From: Moraxellaceae bacterium
GTDB lineage: Bacteria > Pseudomonadota > Gammaproteobacteria > Pseudomonadales > Moraxellaceae
Assembly (NCBI GenBank): GCA_035706925.1
Contig: DASSUO010000099.1
Coordinates: forward strand, 1 to 55,292
Length of the DNA: 55,292 nt
Direction of reading: 5' to 3'
Under the pieces are notes generated by a model. It worked only from the letters and a program-made list of their open reading frames with translations. It searched no databases and was not told where the DNA came from. A program made the position numbers and the translations under genes. This document shows, piece by piece, positions 29,840 to 40,609 of the stretch (positions are counted from its first letter, which is position 1; the number at the start of each line of letters is the position of its first letter).

Positions 29840-32314
29840 TCAGGAGGTGGGGCCGGACGAGACCCGCGTGTCGGTGCTCCCCGCCTTGGGCAGCCAGCGC
29901 TCCAGGCACTGCCGGAGGGCGACCAGTTCCACCGGCTTGGCAATGAAATCGTCCATGCCGGCCGCCAGGCAGTGTTCGACGTCACCGGCCAGGGCGCTCG
30001 CGGTCACGGCAATGACCGGTGTCCGGGGCAGACCCTGTTCCGCCTCGATTCGCCGGATGTGGCGGACCAGTGTCAGGCCGTCCATTTCGGGCATCTGCAC
30101 GTCGCTCAGGATGAGGCCGATGCGCCGTTCCTGCCACAGTGCCAGCGCCTCGATGCCGTTGCCGGCGAGCAGGCAGGGGTGTCCCAGCCAGGCCAGCTGC
30201 CGCCGCGCAACGTGCTGGTTCACCAGATTGTCTTCGACCAGGAGGATGAGGCGTCCCTGGGCTTCCGCGACATCGGCATCCTCCTGACGCTGGCGCTGGA
30301 TCGGCGGAGTGCTGGGGCGGGTGGCGGGAACGAGGCCCGGAATCTCGGCCAGTGCGAGAGTCAGTTGCACCGCAAAGTCGCTGCCCTGGCCCGGCACGCT
30401 CTCGACGGTGATCACTCCGCCCATGAGATCGACCAGGCGCTTGCAGATGGACAGGCCGAGGCCCGAACCCCCGAAGCGGCGGGTGATGGTGCTGTCGGCC
30501 TGGGTGAAGGGCTGGAACAGTCGCGACTGCGCGTCCCGGTCCATTCCGATGCCGCGGTCCTTTACCCGGAGGATGAGGCGCAGGGCATCGTGCAACTGGT
30601 CCGTGATTTCCAGGGCGACCAGGACGTCGCAGCCGGGCTCGGCACGTGCCTGCGTGAACTTGATCGCATTGCTGACGAGGTTGTGCAGCACCTGGCGCAG
30701 GCGGCCGGGATCGCCAAGCAGCATGGGCAGGGGCGCCTGGCCGCCGTCGTAACAGAGGCGCAGTCCTTTGCCCACGGCGCCGGGCGTGAGGGTGGTGACG
30801 ACGCCGCGCATCACCTGGTCGAGGTCAAAGGGGATGCGCTCCAGCAGAAAGCGGCCGGATTCGATGCGCGAGAAGTCCAGAATGTCATCGAGGATCTGCA
30901 ACAGCGTGTGGGCCGAGTCGCGGGCCGCATTCACCATCTGCTGCTGTTCGCCCGGCAGGGACTCCTGCTGCAGCAGCTCCAGCAGGCCGATGATGCCGTT
31001 CATGGGCGTCCGGATTTCATGGCTCATCGTGGCAAGGAACAGGCTCTTGGCGGCGCTGGCGGCCTCGGCCGTCCCTTTGGCCTCGGCCAGCTCGGTCGTG
31101 CGGGCCTGTACGCGGGCGTCGAGTTCGCGATTGGCCAGTGCAAGCTGTGCTGCCGTGAGCTGGCGCTGGCGGTTGCGGTAGAGCAGCACGCCGATGATGC
31201 CAAGCAGAACGATGGTGAGGATGACGCTGCCGTCCAGCACGTGACGATGCAGCTCATAGAAGGTCGGCGGGCGGAAGAACAGCCGGCTACCGGGTGGCAG
31301 GCGGGACAGGTCGATGTTGAACTCCCGCAGCAGGCGGTAGTCAAACTGCGGCGTGAAGTCGGACTTGGGCTGGATCGGAATGCGGTCGGCCGGCGTACCG
31401 TTCAGGACGCGCAGGGCCACCTCGGCGGCGGCATGGCCATGCTGATGAGGATCGTTCATCAGCCCGCCGATGGCTCCGTTCCCTACCATCAGGGCGCCCC
31501 ACATTCCGTACACCGGCGCCCGCGCATGGGCGCCCACGAGCGGAAGATGCTCGGCAAAAGAGAAGTAGCGTCCGTCCCGGGTCTGGTGGATGGCCAGCAT
31601 CAACACGGCACTGTGCGGAGGGAGCTCATCGAGCCGGTGCCACAGTTCGTCCTGCGTGTAGTTGTCCCAGAGCTCCAGTCGGGGGCCGGGCGGGCGGGCG
31701 GACTTGCGGAGGGCCTGGACACGGCGCGCCTCGCTGGCCATGCGTTCGCCGAACGTGGTGCGATCGGCAAGCATCACGATGCGTTCCACGTCCGGTTGCA
31801 GGCGCTGTATCAGGTCGAGGTTGCCCTCGATTTCCATCCCTTCCAGCAGGCCGGTGAAGTGTTTCTTGCCAACGAGACGGGAGGGATCGAAGACATTGAC
31901 GCCACAAAAGACGACAGGCGTGTCCGGGCCGAACAGCTCGTCGCGCGAGGTCACGACGAGGTCATAGGCATAGTCGTCACTGGCAATGACCACATCCGGC
32001 TTGAAGCGCGCGTATTTGTACTTGAGCAGGGCCTTGAGTTTTACGAGGTATTCCGGGTCGTCCACCATGCGGCGGCCGTCCAGGTATTCGACATGCAGGT
32101 TTTCTGGCGGAATCTTGCCCTCGAACGCCTCCTGCACCCCTTGGGTAAGCTGGGCGGCCCAGGCAAACTGGGGATGGTAGGAGTTGAGCAGGAGGACACG
32201 GGGAGCGCCCAGGGCCGGGAGGGCAACCAGGCAAAAGCTGAGCAGGGCGGCGAGGCGCAAAGCCAGCCACCCATGGCGACGCGGGGTGCATCCTGCATGG
32301 GAATCGTGAAACAC
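29840..32314 (-). CDS. hybrid sensor histidine kinase with a periplasmic solute-binding-like sensor domain and a C-terminal receiver
   Basis: Signal/TM segment WLALRLAALLSFCLVALPALGA, then a ~300-aa periplasmic domain (RVLLLNSYHPQFAW...), a second TM helix, the H-box LATMSHEIRTPMNGIIG, HATPase motifs (DRGIGM, GGSGLGLSI) and a receiver (ILLVEDN...LSDVQMPEMDG...KPV). Start uncertain: GTG 32314 has a GGAGAG ribosome-binding site, and ATG 32452 is the longest option. Confidence 0.85.
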   Translation of the reverse strand: MFHDSHAGCTPRRHGWLALRLAALLSFCLVALPALGAPRVLLLNSYHPQFAWAAQLTQGVQEAFEGKIPPENLHVEYLDGRRMVDDPEYLVKLKALLKYKYARFKPDVVIASDDYAYDLVVTSRDELFGPDTPVVFCGVNVFDPSRLVGKKHFTGLLEGMEIEGNLDLIQRLQPDVERIVMLADRTTFGERMASEARRVQALRKSARPPGPRLELWDNYTQDELWHRLDELPPHSAVLMLAIHQTRDGRYFSFAEHLPLVGAHARAPVYGMWGALMVGNGAIGGLMNDPHQHGHAAAEVALRVLNGTPADRIPIQPKSDFTPQFDYRLLREFNIDLSRLPPGSRLFFRPPTFYELHRHVLDGSVILTIVLLGIIGVLLYRNRQRQLTAAQLALANRELDARVQARTTELAEAKGTAEAASAAKSLFLATMSHEIRTPMNGIIGLLELLQQESLPGEQQQMVNAARDSAHTLLQILDDILDFSRIESGRFLLERIPFDLDQVMRGVVTTLTPGAVGKGLRLCYDGGQAPLPMLLGDPGRLRQVLHNLVSNAIKFTQARAEPGCDVLVALEITDQLHDALRLILRVKDRGIGMDRDAQSRLFQPFTQADSTITRRFGGSGLGLSICKRLVDLMGGVITVESVPGQGSDFAVQLTLALAEIPGLVPATRPSTPPIQRQRQEDADVAEAQGRLILLVEDNLVNQHVARRQLAWLGHPCLLAGNGIEALALWQERRIGLILSDVQMPEMDGLTLVRHIRRIEAEQGLPRTPVIAVTASALAGDVEHCLAAGMDDFIAKPVELVALRQCLERWLPKAGSTDTRVSSGPTS

Positions 32315-32605
32315 GCCCACTCTCCGGAGGGTCAGTGGCAGTCCATTAAAGAGGGCGTCAGCGGTGGCGGTCCTTTTTCCGCTACCCCGGATGTCGGGGT
32401 CTTGCGCCCGTCCTTTCACGGTCACCGGAAAGCCCGGCGCCATGATAATCATGCTTCAAGTTAAGCATTCAGCGCCGTACTCACCGTCTACCGCCTCCGA
32501 ATTCTTGACCTGGCTCAGCGGAAAGGCGACGAAAGGCACTACTATGGTCAAGAATAGACGATGCAGACGGGGCGCCGTCGTCACCAGTCCGAACAGGAGG
32601 GCATC

Positions 32606-32881
32606 ATGGGCCAGGACCGGGAGCAGAAGGGGAGCGTGATCGATCAACTGGAGGCCGTCAGGGCCGCCGTGCGCGAAGAGACCATGACTCCCGAGAGGCG
32701 GGCCGAAATGGAGGCTGCCCTTTCCGGCCTGGAGCGGGAGCTGATGGTGGCCATGCCGGTCGATGCAGCGCCCCTCGTGGCGCTATTGCAGGGGTGGGAG
32801 GCACGCCTTGAGGCCGAGCATCCGGTACTCGCCAGTGTGGTCGGCGACGCCCTCCAGAAGCTGTCATCCATGGGAATATGA
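32606..32881 (+). CDS. DUF4404-like small protein
   Basis: 91 aa, helical and Glu/Ala/Leu-rich, with ...LEAEHPVLASVVGDALQKLSSMGI at the C-terminus as in DUF4404 proteins. AGGAGG lies 5 nt upstream of ATG 32606. Confidence 0.55.
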   Translation: MGQDREQKGSVIDQLEAVRAAVREETMTPERRAEMEAALSGLERELMVAMPVDAAPLVALLQGWEARLEAEHPVLASVVGDALQKLSSMGI

Positions 32882-33072
32882 CTGCCCGAGCACCGAACGC
32901 CGGTGTTCATTCGGGGGGGCGCTACCCTGCAAAGGGGCGGCTGCGCATGGCCTCGACCCCGGATGGCATGCTTTGCCGTTTGCGGGCGGCATGACGGGGA
33001 GAAGGCGCCGGTCTTGTAGCAGGCGCGCTTGCAGGGCTCAGGGGTCTGGACAGCCCGAGTGATGCGGACCCG

Positions 33073-33101
33073 AAAAAAAGCCCGGCGGTGCCGGGCTTTT
33101 T
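33073..33101. terminator. bidirectional Rho-independent terminator (metK)
   Basis: AAAAAAAGCCCGGC-GGT-GCCGGGCTTTTT forms an 8-bp GC stem flanked by an A-run and a T-run, 32 nt past the metK stop. Confidence 0.85.
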
Positions 33102-33132
33102 CACGCCACACGTCCATCCGTGACAAGGACGC

Positions 33133-34359
33133 TTACTTCCCGGCGGCAGCGCGCAGCGCCTCGGCCTTGTCGGTCTTCTCCCAGGTGAACGCGGTAGCCT
33201 TCTGGGAGCGGGTGACGATCTTGCCCGCCTCCTTTACCTCATAGTGATACTCGCGCTCGAAGGGGTTGCGGCCGAAATGGCCGTAGGCCGAGGTCGGTCC
33301 GTAGATCGGGTGCAGCAGGTCGAGCTGCTTCACGAGGCCATAGGGGCGCAGGTCGAAGATTTCGCGGACCAGTGCCACCAGGCGCTCGTCACTGACCTTG
33401 CCGGTGCCGAAGGTATTGATGGAGATGGACGTCGGTTCCGCCACGCCGATGGCATAGCTGACCTGGATCTCGCAACGGTCGGCGAGGCCGGACGCGACAA
33501 TGTTCTTCGCCACGTAGCGGCCGGCATAGGCGGCCGAGCGGTCCACCTTGGAGGGATCCTTGCCGGAGAAGGCGCCGCCGCCGTGGCGGGCCATGCCGCC
33601 GTAGCTGTCGACGATGATCTTGCGGCCGGTCAGGCCGCAGTCGCCCATGGGGCCGCCAATCTCGAAGCGGCCGGTGGGGTTGATGAAGTACTTGGTTTCC
33701 TTCGTCAGCCATTCGGCCGGCAGCACCTGCTTGATGATGAGTTCCCGCACGCCTTCCTCGATGGTCTTGTCGCTGACATCGCGGCTGTGCTGTGTGGAGA
33801 GGACAACGGCATCGACAGCCACGGGCTTGCCGTCCTCGTAGCGGAACGTGACCTGCGACTTGGCGTCAGGCCGCAGCCAGGAGAGCGTACCGTCCTTGCG
33901 CAGCTGTGCCTGCCGCTCGACCAGGCGGTGCGAGTAGAGGATGGGTGCCGGCATCAGCACGTCGGTTTCGCTGGCGGCATAGCCGAACATCAGACCCTGG
34001 TCACCGGCGCCCTGGTCTTCGGGGCGGGCGCGGTCAACGCCCTGGGCGATGTCGGGCGACTGCTGGCCGATCAGGTTCAGGACGCCGCAGGTGCGGCCGT
34101 CGAAGTAGACGTCGGAGGAGTCGTAGCCGATGTCGAGGATGACCTGCCGGATGATCTTCTCGTAGTCGATCGTGGCCGTGGTCGTGATTTCGCCGGCGAC
34201 GATGGCGACGCCGGTCTTGACCAGGGTCTCGCACGCCACTCGTGCATATTTGTCCTGCGCGATGATGGCGTCGAGGATGGCGTCGGAGATCTGGTCGGCC
34301 ATCTTGTCCGGATGGCCTTCGGACACGGACTCGGAGGTGAAAACGGAATATTCAGACAT
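33133..34359 (-). CDS. metK: S-adenosylmethionine synthetase
   Basis: [27 protein letters not shown]..., [12 protein letters not shown] and [19 protein letters not shown] are MetK signatures. Start at ATG 34359 with an AAGGAG ribosome-binding site. The upstream ORF extension is rejected. Confidence 0.95.
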   Translation of the reverse strand: MSEYSVFTSESVSEGHPDKMADQISDAILDAIIAQDKYARVACETLVKTGVAIVAGEITTTATIDYEKIIRQVILDIGYDSSDVYFDGRTCGVLNLIGQQSPDIAQGVDRARPEDQGAGDQGLMFGYAASETDVLMPAPILYSHRLVERQAQLRKDGTLSWLRPDAKSQVTFRYEDGKPVAVDAVVLSTQHSRDVSDKTIEEGVRELIIKQVLPAEWLTKETKYFINPTGRFEIGGPMGDCGLTGRKIIVDSYGGMARHGGGAFSGKDPSKVDRSAAYAGRYVAKNIVASGLADRCEIQVSYAIGVAEPTSISINTFGTGKVSDERLVALVREIFDLRPYGLVKQLDLLHPIYGPTSAYGHFGRNPFEREYHYEVKEAGKIVTRSQKATAFTWEKTDKAEALRAAAGK

Positions 34360-34717
34360 TGTTAGTGTCTCCTTTGGTCGACGCCAGGAGCGGCGCCTGG
34401 GAGGGTCGGCCCGCGCGGCCGAAGGAGCCAAAGCCGGCGGGGTGAGCGGCAGATCATACCGGGAGCGCCCGGTCTTTATAAGTCGGACAAAAGCGGGGAA
34501 GGCAGCGGTTTGTCCGCGATGGAAGGTGGCGGACCTCCCGGGCGGGCAGTAGGAAGGAGGCACGCCCCGTTCCTGTCAGCGGTCTGAAGACCCGGATGGC
34601 AGGACGCCGCCGACCGGACGGGTTGGTGGTTTCAACCGTCTCCCCTTTCGGGGACAATATGCGCTCTTTTTTTCGGGCCCCCCGCCGGGGCCCGACGTAG
34701 CCAGTACGGAGAACCCG

Positions 34718-36724
34718 ATGCCCGCCGCTCCCCTGCCTGAACGCCGTCTTGCCAATGCCATCCGTGCCCTTGCCATGGATGCCGTGCAAAAGGCCAACTC
34801 CGGCCACCCCGGCGCCCCCATGGGCATGGCCGACATCGCCGAGGTGCTGTGGCGGGGACCGTTCCGTCACAATCCGGGCAATCCCCGCTGGGCCAACCGT
34901 GACCGCTTTGTCCTGTCGAATGGCCACGGCTCCATGCTGCAGTACGCGCTGCTGCACCTGACGGGATACGACGTCACACTGGACGACATCAAGAATTTTC
35001 GTCAGCTCCACAGCAAGACGCCCGGACATCCCGAATACGGCTACACGCCCGGCGTCGAGACAACGACCGGACCTCTTGGCCAGGGTGTCGCCAATGCAGT
35101 GGGCATGGCCATCGCCGAAAAGACGCTGGCGGCGCAGTTCAATCGCGACGGTTTCTCCGTTGTCGATCACTACACTTACTGTTTCCTGGGTGATGGCTGC
35201 CTCATGGAAGGCATCTCGCACGAGGTGTGTTCCCTGGCTGGCACGCTGGGACTCGGCAAGCTCATTGCCTTTTACGACGACAACGGCATTTCCATCGACG
35301 GTGAAGTGGAAGGCTGGTTCACCGACGACACCCGCAAGCGCTTCGAAGCGTATGGTTGGCAGGTGATCGGCCGCATCGACGGCCACGACAGCGCAGCGAT
35401 CCGCGACGCGATCAAGCAGGCCCATGCCGAGACGGACAAGCCGACCCTCATCATCTGCCGCACTGTCATCGGTGCCGGCTCGCCCAACAAGCAGGGCAAG
35501 GAAGACTGTCACGGCGCGCCGCTTGGCGATGCCGAAATCGCGCTCACCCGCGAAGCGCTGGGCTGGCATTACGCGCCGTTCGAGATTCCGCAAGATGTCT
35601 ACGAGGCCTGGGACGGTCGTGCGCGCGGCGATGCGCTCGAGCAGCAGTGGAACTCGCTCTTCACCTCCTATCGCAGTGCGTATCCCGAACTGGCGTCCGA
35701 ATTGCTGCGTCGCATCGAGGGCTCCCTGCCCGCGGGATTTGCGCAGAAGGCGGATGCGTACATTCACGCTTGCGCCGAGAAGGGCGAAACCATTGCATCG
35801 CGCAAGGCGTCGCAGAATACGCTGAACGCTTTCGGCCCGCTGTTGCCGGAACTGCTCGGCGGCTCGGCCGATCTCGCCGGTTCCAACCTGACATTGTGGA
35901 AGGGCTGTCACGGCATCCAGGAACAGGCTGACGGCAATTACATTTTCTACGGTGTGCGCGAGTTCGGCATGAGCGCCATCATGAATGGCATCGCGCTGCA
36001 CGGGGGCTTCATTCCCTACGGCGCCACCTTCCTGATCTTCATGGAATACGCGCGTAATGCCGTGCGCATGGCGGCGCTCATGAAGCAGCGTGCCATCCAC
36101 GTCTACACGCACGACTCCATCGGCCTCGGTGAAGACGGCCCGACGCACCAGCCCATCGAGCAGCTCGCGAGCCTGCGCGGCACGCCCAACATGAGCGTGT
36201 GGCGTCCGGCCGACACCGTGGAGACGGCGGTGTCCTGGAAGGCAGCGCTTGAACGTCACGACGGCCCGACTGCGCTCGTCTTCTCGCGCCAGAACCTCCC
36301 GCACCAGCCGCGCAGCGCCCAGCAGATTGCCGACGTGGCGCGCGGAGGCTATGTGCTGGTGAAAGAATCCGGCAGTGCACCAGAGGCGATCATCATCGCC
36401 ACTGGCTCCGAAGTGGCCCTGGCGGTGGAAGCGCAGAAGACGCTGGCGGCCGCGGGTCGCTCCGTCCGCGTCGTGTCCTTGCCCTCCACCGATGTGTTCA
36501 TGGCGCAGGATGCTGCGTACCGCGAGGCGGTGCTGCCGGCAGCCGTGCGTGCGCGTGTGGCCGTTGAGGCCTCGCACGCCGATTACTGGTGGAAATTCGT
36601 TGGCCTCGACGGCCGCGTGATCGGCATGACCACGTTTGGCGAATCCGCACCGGCCGGCAAGCTCTTCGCCGAATTCGGCATCACGACCGAGGCAGTCGTC
36701 GCGGCCGTCAATGCGATGGTCTGA
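34718..36724 (+). CDS. tkt: transketolase
   Basis: [23 protein letters not shown], the TPP motif [12 protein letters not shown], and [18 protein letters not shown]. Confidence 0.95.
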   Translation: MPAAPLPERRLANAIRALAMDAVQKANSGHPGAPMGMADIAEVLWRGPFRHNPGNPRWANRDRFVLSNGHGSMLQYALLHLTGYDVTLDDIKNFRQLHSKTPGHPEYGYTPGVETTTGPLGQGVANAVGMAIAEKTLAAQFNRDGFSVVDHYTYCFLGDGCLMEGISHEVCSLAGTLGLGKLIAFYDDNGISIDGEVEGWFTDDTRKRFEAYGWQVIGRIDGHDSAAIRDAIKQAHAETDKPTLIICRTVIGAGSPNKQGKEDCHGAPLGDAEIALTREALGWHYAPFEIPQDVYEAWDGRARGDALEQQWNSLFTSYRSAYPELASELLRRIEGSLPAGFAQKADAYIHACAEKGETIASRKASQNTLNAFGPLLPELLGGSADLAGSNLTLWKGCHGIQEQADGNYIFYGVREFGMSAIMNGIALHGGFIPYGATFLIFMEYARNAVRMAALMKQRAIHVYTHDSIGLGEDGPTHQPIEQLASLRGTPNMSVWRPADTVETAVSWKAALERHDGPTALVFSRQNLPHQPRSAQQIADVARGGYVLVKESGSAPEAIIIATGSEVALAVEAQKTLAAAGRSVRVVSLPSTDVFMAQDAAYREAVLPAAVRARVAVEASHADYWWKFVGLDGRVIGMTTFGESAPAGKLFAEFGITTEAVVAAVNAMV

Positions 36725-36867
36725 ACCGGAATGACGGTGTTCCGCGCGGGTGAATCGCCGGCGCAGTGATGCCGAAAGGAACCGGCCCCGTCCATTGCGG
36801 GGCCGGCAACAAAGGGGAGGACGTCCTCCCCGGCCCGGCCTGTCCGGCGCGGCAAGAGAGCGAACCC

Positions 36868-37968
36868 ATGACATTACGCGTTGCCATCAACGGATACGGC
36901 CGCATCGGTCGCAATGTCCTGCGCGCGTATTTCGAGAATGGCGCCAATCCGGCGATAGAGTTCGTCGCCATCAATGATCTCGGCACGCCGGAGGCGCTCG
37001 CGCACCTGACGCGGCATGACAGCACCCATGGCCGCTTTGCCGGCCAGGTCGTGCTGGCCGACGGCACGATGACCATTACGCCGGCGGACTGCGGCTGGAC
37101 CAGTTGTGGCCGGCATGTGCCGGTGGAGACTGCAGTGGCCGATGGCGCGGTCGTCGGGCGCGGGCGTGCATCGGCTCGACCGGTTCGCCTGTTTTCCGAG
37201 CCGGCACCCGACAAGCTTCCCTGGGCCGACCTGAACGTGGATGTCGTGCTGGAGTGTACCGGGCAGTTTCGCGCGCGCCGTGAGGCAGAGCGTCATCTCG
37301 CCGCCGGTGCGCAGCGGGTGATCATCGGGGCGGCGCCGTTCGACAGCGTGGACGCCATGGTGGTCTACGGGGTGAATCATGAGTCGTTGCGGCCCTCGGA
37401 TCGCGTGCTCTCGAGCGTGTCCTGCACCACGCATGCGCTCGTGCCGCTGGTGAAGATTCTTGACGAAGCCTTTGGCGTGGAATCCGGCCTGATGACGGAA
37501 ATCCATGCGGTGACCTCGGACCAGGTGCCGCTGGATCACACGCATCGCGACTTGCGCCGGGGGCGTGCCGCGGGGAGCAACATCATTCCCACCACGTCGA
37601 GCAGTATCGGCGCGTTGCGTCATGTGTTGCCCGGGGTTGGCGCGAACATCGATGGCTATTCGCTGCGGGTGCCCACGCAGAACGTGGCGGCCATCGATTT
37701 CAGTTTCGTGGCGCGTCGCCCCGTAACGGTCGATGCGATCAATGCGGTGTTTGCCCGCGAAGCCGCCGGGTCGTATCGCCACATCCTCTCGTGTTGCGAT
37801 GAGTTGCTGGTGTCGAGCGATTTCAATCATTCGCCGTGGTCGCTGGTATTCGATGCCACCGAGACGCGAGTAGTCGGCCGCCAGGCCAAGGTCCTGGCCT
37901 GGTACGACAATGAGTGGGGGTATGCCAATCGTCTGCTCGACCTGTGTCTCTACCTGGCGAAGCAATGA
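36868..37968 (+). CDS. epd: erythrose-4-phosphate dehydrogenase-like GAPDH family protein
   Basis: MTLRVAINGYGRIGRNV, catalytic SCTT, DLRRGRAAGSNIIP, SSDFNHSPWS and WYDNEWGYANR. It resembles Epd more than Gap, and tkt-epd-pgk-fba synteny matches E. coli and Pseudomonas. Start at ATG 36868. Confidence 0.75.
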   Translation: MTLRVAINGYGRIGRNVLRAYFENGANPAIEFVAINDLGTPEALAHLTRHDSTHGRFAGQVVLADGTMTITPADCGWTSCGRHVPVETAVADGAVVGRGRASARPVRLFSEPAPDKLPWADLNVDVVLECTGQFRARREAERHLAAGAQRVIIGAAPFDSVDAMVVYGVNHESLRPSDRVLSSVSCTTHALVPLVKILDEAFGVESGLMTEIHAVTSDQVPLDHTHRDLRRGRAAGSNIIPTTSSSIGALRHVLPGVGANIDGYSLRVPTQNVAAIDFSFVARRPVTVDAINAVFAREAAGSYRHILSCCDELLVSSDFNHSPWSLVFDATETRVVGRQAKVLAWYDNEWGYANRLLDLCLYLAKQ

Positions 37969-38091
37969 CGTGTCGCCGTCAGTGCGCTGGGCACGTCGTT
38001 CGGCAATGGCAGGGAACGTTTTGTGGGTGCGGTCGGTCGGCGGGGCAACGCCACGACGGCTGCAGGAATTTTTGAAAAAGAGGTGAAAGAC

Positions 38092-39288
38092 ATGTCCGTT
38101 ATCAAGATGGCCGACCTGGATCTCAAGGGCAAGCGGGTCCTGATCCGCGAAGACCTGAACGTGCCGGTGAAGAACGGCAAGGTGGCCAGTGATGCCCGTA
38201 TCGTGGCGTCCCTGCCCACCATCAAGCTTGCGCTGGAGAAGGGCGCTGCGGTGATGGTGTGCTCGCACCTCGGGCGCCCCACCGAAGGCGAATTCTCCGA
38301 AGAGAACTCCCTGCGTCCGGTGGCCGACTATCTCGGCAAGGCCCTCGGCCGTGACGTGGCGCTCGTGAAGGACTACCTCGGTGGCGTGGATGTGCAGCCG
38401 GGCCAGGTCGTGCTGTTCGAGAATGTGCGCTTCAACAAGGGCGAAAAGAAGAATGCAGACGAGCTGGCGCAGAAGTATGCCGCCCTCTGCGACGTGTTCG
38501 TGATGGACGCCTTCGGAACCGCCCACCGTGCAGAAGGATCCACCCACGGCGTCGCGAAGTTCGCGAAGGTCGCCTGTGCCGGCCCGCTGCTCGCTGCCGA
38601 ACTCGATGCACTGGAAAAGGCGCTGGCCAAGCCCGTGCGCCCCATGGTCGCCATCGTGGCGGGCTCCAAGGTGTCGACCAAGCTCGACGTGCTCACGTCG
38701 CTCTCCACAATCTGCGACCAGCTCATCGTCGGCGGCGGCATCGCCAATACCTTCCTCGCCGCGGCGGGCTACAAGGTGGGCAAGAGCCTTTGCGAGCATG
38801 ATCTGGTCGATACCGCCAGGGCCATTGCCGCCAAGGTTGATGTGCCCCTGCCGGACGATGTCGTCGTGGCGGAAATCACCGGCCCCATCGACGATTTCAT
38901 GGCCTTCGTGAACAACGCCACGCCGGTGGTGAAGGATGTGAAGGACGTGGGCGACAATGACATGATCCTCGATGTCGGTCCGAAAACGGCGGCGAAATTC
39001 GCGGCGCTGCTGGCTTCCGCGAAGACCATTCTCTGGAATGGCCCGGTCGGCGTGTTTGAAGTCGACGCCTTCGGCAAGGGCACGGAAGTGCTTTCGCGTG
39101 CCGTCGCCGCTTCCGATGCGTTCTCCATTGCCGGCGGCGGTGACACCCTGGCGGCCATCGACAAGTACGGCGTCAGCGACAGGATTTCCTATATCTCCAC
39201 CGGTGGCGGTGCCTTCCTCGAATTCGTCGAAGGCAAGAAGCTGCCGGCCGTGGCCGCGCTTGAAGAAGCCGCGGCAAAGGCACAGTAA
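38092..39288 (+). CDS. pgk: phosphoglycerate kinase
   Basis: [34 protein letters not shown] and [10 protein letters not shown]. Start at ATG 38092. Confidence 0.95.
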   Translation: MSVIKMADLDLKGKRVLIREDLNVPVKNGKVASDARIVASLPTIKLALEKGAAVMVCSHLGRPTEGEFSEENSLRPVADYLGKALGRDVALVKDYLGGVDVQPGQVVLFENVRFNKGEKKNADELAQKYAALCDVFVMDAFGTAHRAEGSTHGVAKFAKVACAGPLLAAELDALEKALAKPVRPMVAIVAGSKVSTKLDVLTSLSTICDQLIVGGGIANTFLAAAGYKVGKSLCEHDLVDTARAIAAKVDVPLPDDVVVAEITGPIDDFMAFVNNATPVVKDVKDVGDNDMILDVGPKTAAKFAALLASAKTILWNGPVGVFEVDAFGKGTEVLSRAVAASDAFSIAGGGDTLAAIDKYGVSDRISYISTGGGAFLEFVEGKKLPAVAALEEAAAKAQ

Positions 39289-39310
39289 TTCTCAACGGAG
39301 TTCTCAGAAC

Positions 39311-40375
39311 ATGGCCCTTATCAGCCTGCGTCAGCTGCTGGATCACGCCGCCGAAAACGGTTACGGCGTTCCGGCGTTCAACGTCAACAACCTCGAGCAA
39401 ATGCGCGCCATCATGGAGGCGGCCGACAAGACCGACTCCCCGGTGATCGTGCAGGCCTCTGCCGGCGCGCGCAAATACGCCGGTGCTCCCTTCCTGCGCC
39501 ACCTCATCCTGGCGGCCATCGAAGAATTTCCGCATATTCCGGTGGTGATGCACCAGGACCACGGCACGGCGCCCGGTGTCTGCCAGCGCTCCATCCAGCT
39601 CGGATTTTCCTCCGTGATGATGGACGGCTCGCTGGGTGAAGACGGCAAGACGCCGACCGACTACGACTACAACGTCCGTGTGACCAGGACGGTGGTCGAC
39701 TTTTCGCATGCCTGTGGCGTGTCGGTGGAAGGCGAGATCGGCTGTCTGGGTTCGCTTGAAACCGGCATGGCCGGCGAGGAAGACGGTGTCGGTGCCGAAG
39801 GCGTGCTGGATCACTCCCAGTTGCTGACTGATCCGGAAGAGGCCGCGCAGTTCGTACGTGACACCGGTGTGGATGCCCTGGCCATCGCCATCGGCACCAG
39901 CCACGGCGCCTACAAGTTCACGCGTCCGCCCACGGGCGACATTCTCGCCATCGAACGTGTGAAGGCCATTCACGCGCGCATTCCCAACACGCACCTGGTG
40001 ATGCACGGGTCGTCGAGCGTGCCGCAGGAGTGGCTGAAGATCATCAACGAGCATGGCGGCGCCATCAAGGAAACCTACGGCGTGCCGGTCGAGCAAATTG
40101 TCGAGGCCATCAAGCACGGCGTGCGCAAGGTGAACATTGACACCGACCTGCGTCTGGCTTCCACCGGCGCCATCCGCCGGTTCCTGGCCAAGGATCCGGC
40201 GGAGTTCGATCCGCGCAAGTACTTCAAGGAAACCATCACGGCCATGCGCGACGTGTGTGTCGACCGCTACCAGGCGTTTGGTACGGCCGGCCAGGCCAGC
40301 AAGATCAAGCCCCTGTCGCTGGACGCCATGGCGACCCGCTATGCCAGGGGCGAGCTGAGCCAGCAGGTGAAGTAA
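39311..40375 (+). CDS. fba: fructose-bisphosphate aldolase, class II
   Basis: [47 protein letters not shown] and [10 protein letters not shown]. Start at ATG 39311, because the track ORF start at 38972 overlaps pgk. Confidence 0.95.
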   Translation: MALISLRQLLDHAAENGYGVPAFNVNNLEQMRAIMEAADKTDSPVIVQASAGARKYAGAPFLRHLILAAIEEFPHIPVVMHQDHGTAPGVCQRSIQLGFSSVMMDGSLGEDGKTPTDYDYNVRVTRTVVDFSHACGVSVEGEIGCLGSLETGMAGEEDGVGAEGVLDHSQLLTDPEEAAQFVRDTGVDALAIAIGTSHGAYKFTRPPTGDILAIERVKAIHARIPNTHLVMHGSSSVPQEWLKIINEHGGAIKETYGVPVEQIVEAIKHGVRKVNIDTDLRLASTGAIRRFLAKDPAEFDPRKYFKETITAMRDVCVDRYQAFGTAGQASKIKPLSLDAMATRYARGELSQQVK

Positions 40376-40393
40376 GACTCACCTTGCGTAGAC

Positions 40394-40425
40394 AAAGGGC
40401 GCCTTTCGGCGCCCTTTGCATTTTG
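40394..40425 (+). terminator. Rho-independent terminator after fba
   Basis: GGGCGCC-TTTC-GGCGCCC followed by TTTGCATTTT, about 20 nt past the fba stop. Confidence 0.75.
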
Positions 40426-40609
40426 ACGATCGCCCCTCCCCCCTGTTCGAATGCCTTTGTGCGCGGGGGAGTGACCCGGACGGGTTGCCGCCGATGCCGT
40501 GCCGGCGTCCGCTGGCGGGTTTGCCCGGACAGGGATGCATTGCCGGGTCAGGGGTCGGCCGCGTACGCTTGGGTGTATCGCAGAGGGGCGCAGGCCCGCA
40601 GGATCAGGG

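Noticed and set aside
28385-32464. 1359-aa plus-strand ORF, the second-longest in the track.
   Set aside because: It runs entirely antisense to ahcY, the SAH riboswitch and the hybrid kinase, all of which have unmistakable motifs. Its translation is Arg/Gly/His/Ala-rich with no recognisable domain. This is a typical stop-codon-poor shadow frame of high-GC DNA.
34454-38799. Minus-strand ORFs of 806 aa and 641 aa overlapping tkt, epd and pgk.
   Set aside because: They are antisense to three highly conserved glycolytic/pentose-phosphate genes, with no domains and shadow-ORF composition. The same reasoning applies to 2324-3721, 9201-10763, 19212-20267, 41036-42406 and 45819-47162.
38972-39310. 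N-terminal extensions of ORFs in the track: fba from 38972, ahcY to 29710, metK to 34563, pgk from 38023, epd from 36766, pilJ from 7440 and the CsgG-like gene to 51165.
   Set aside because: The extensions overlap upstream genes or regulatory RNA and lack homology. In each case an internal ATG with a good ribosome-binding site reproduces the canonical N-terminus.
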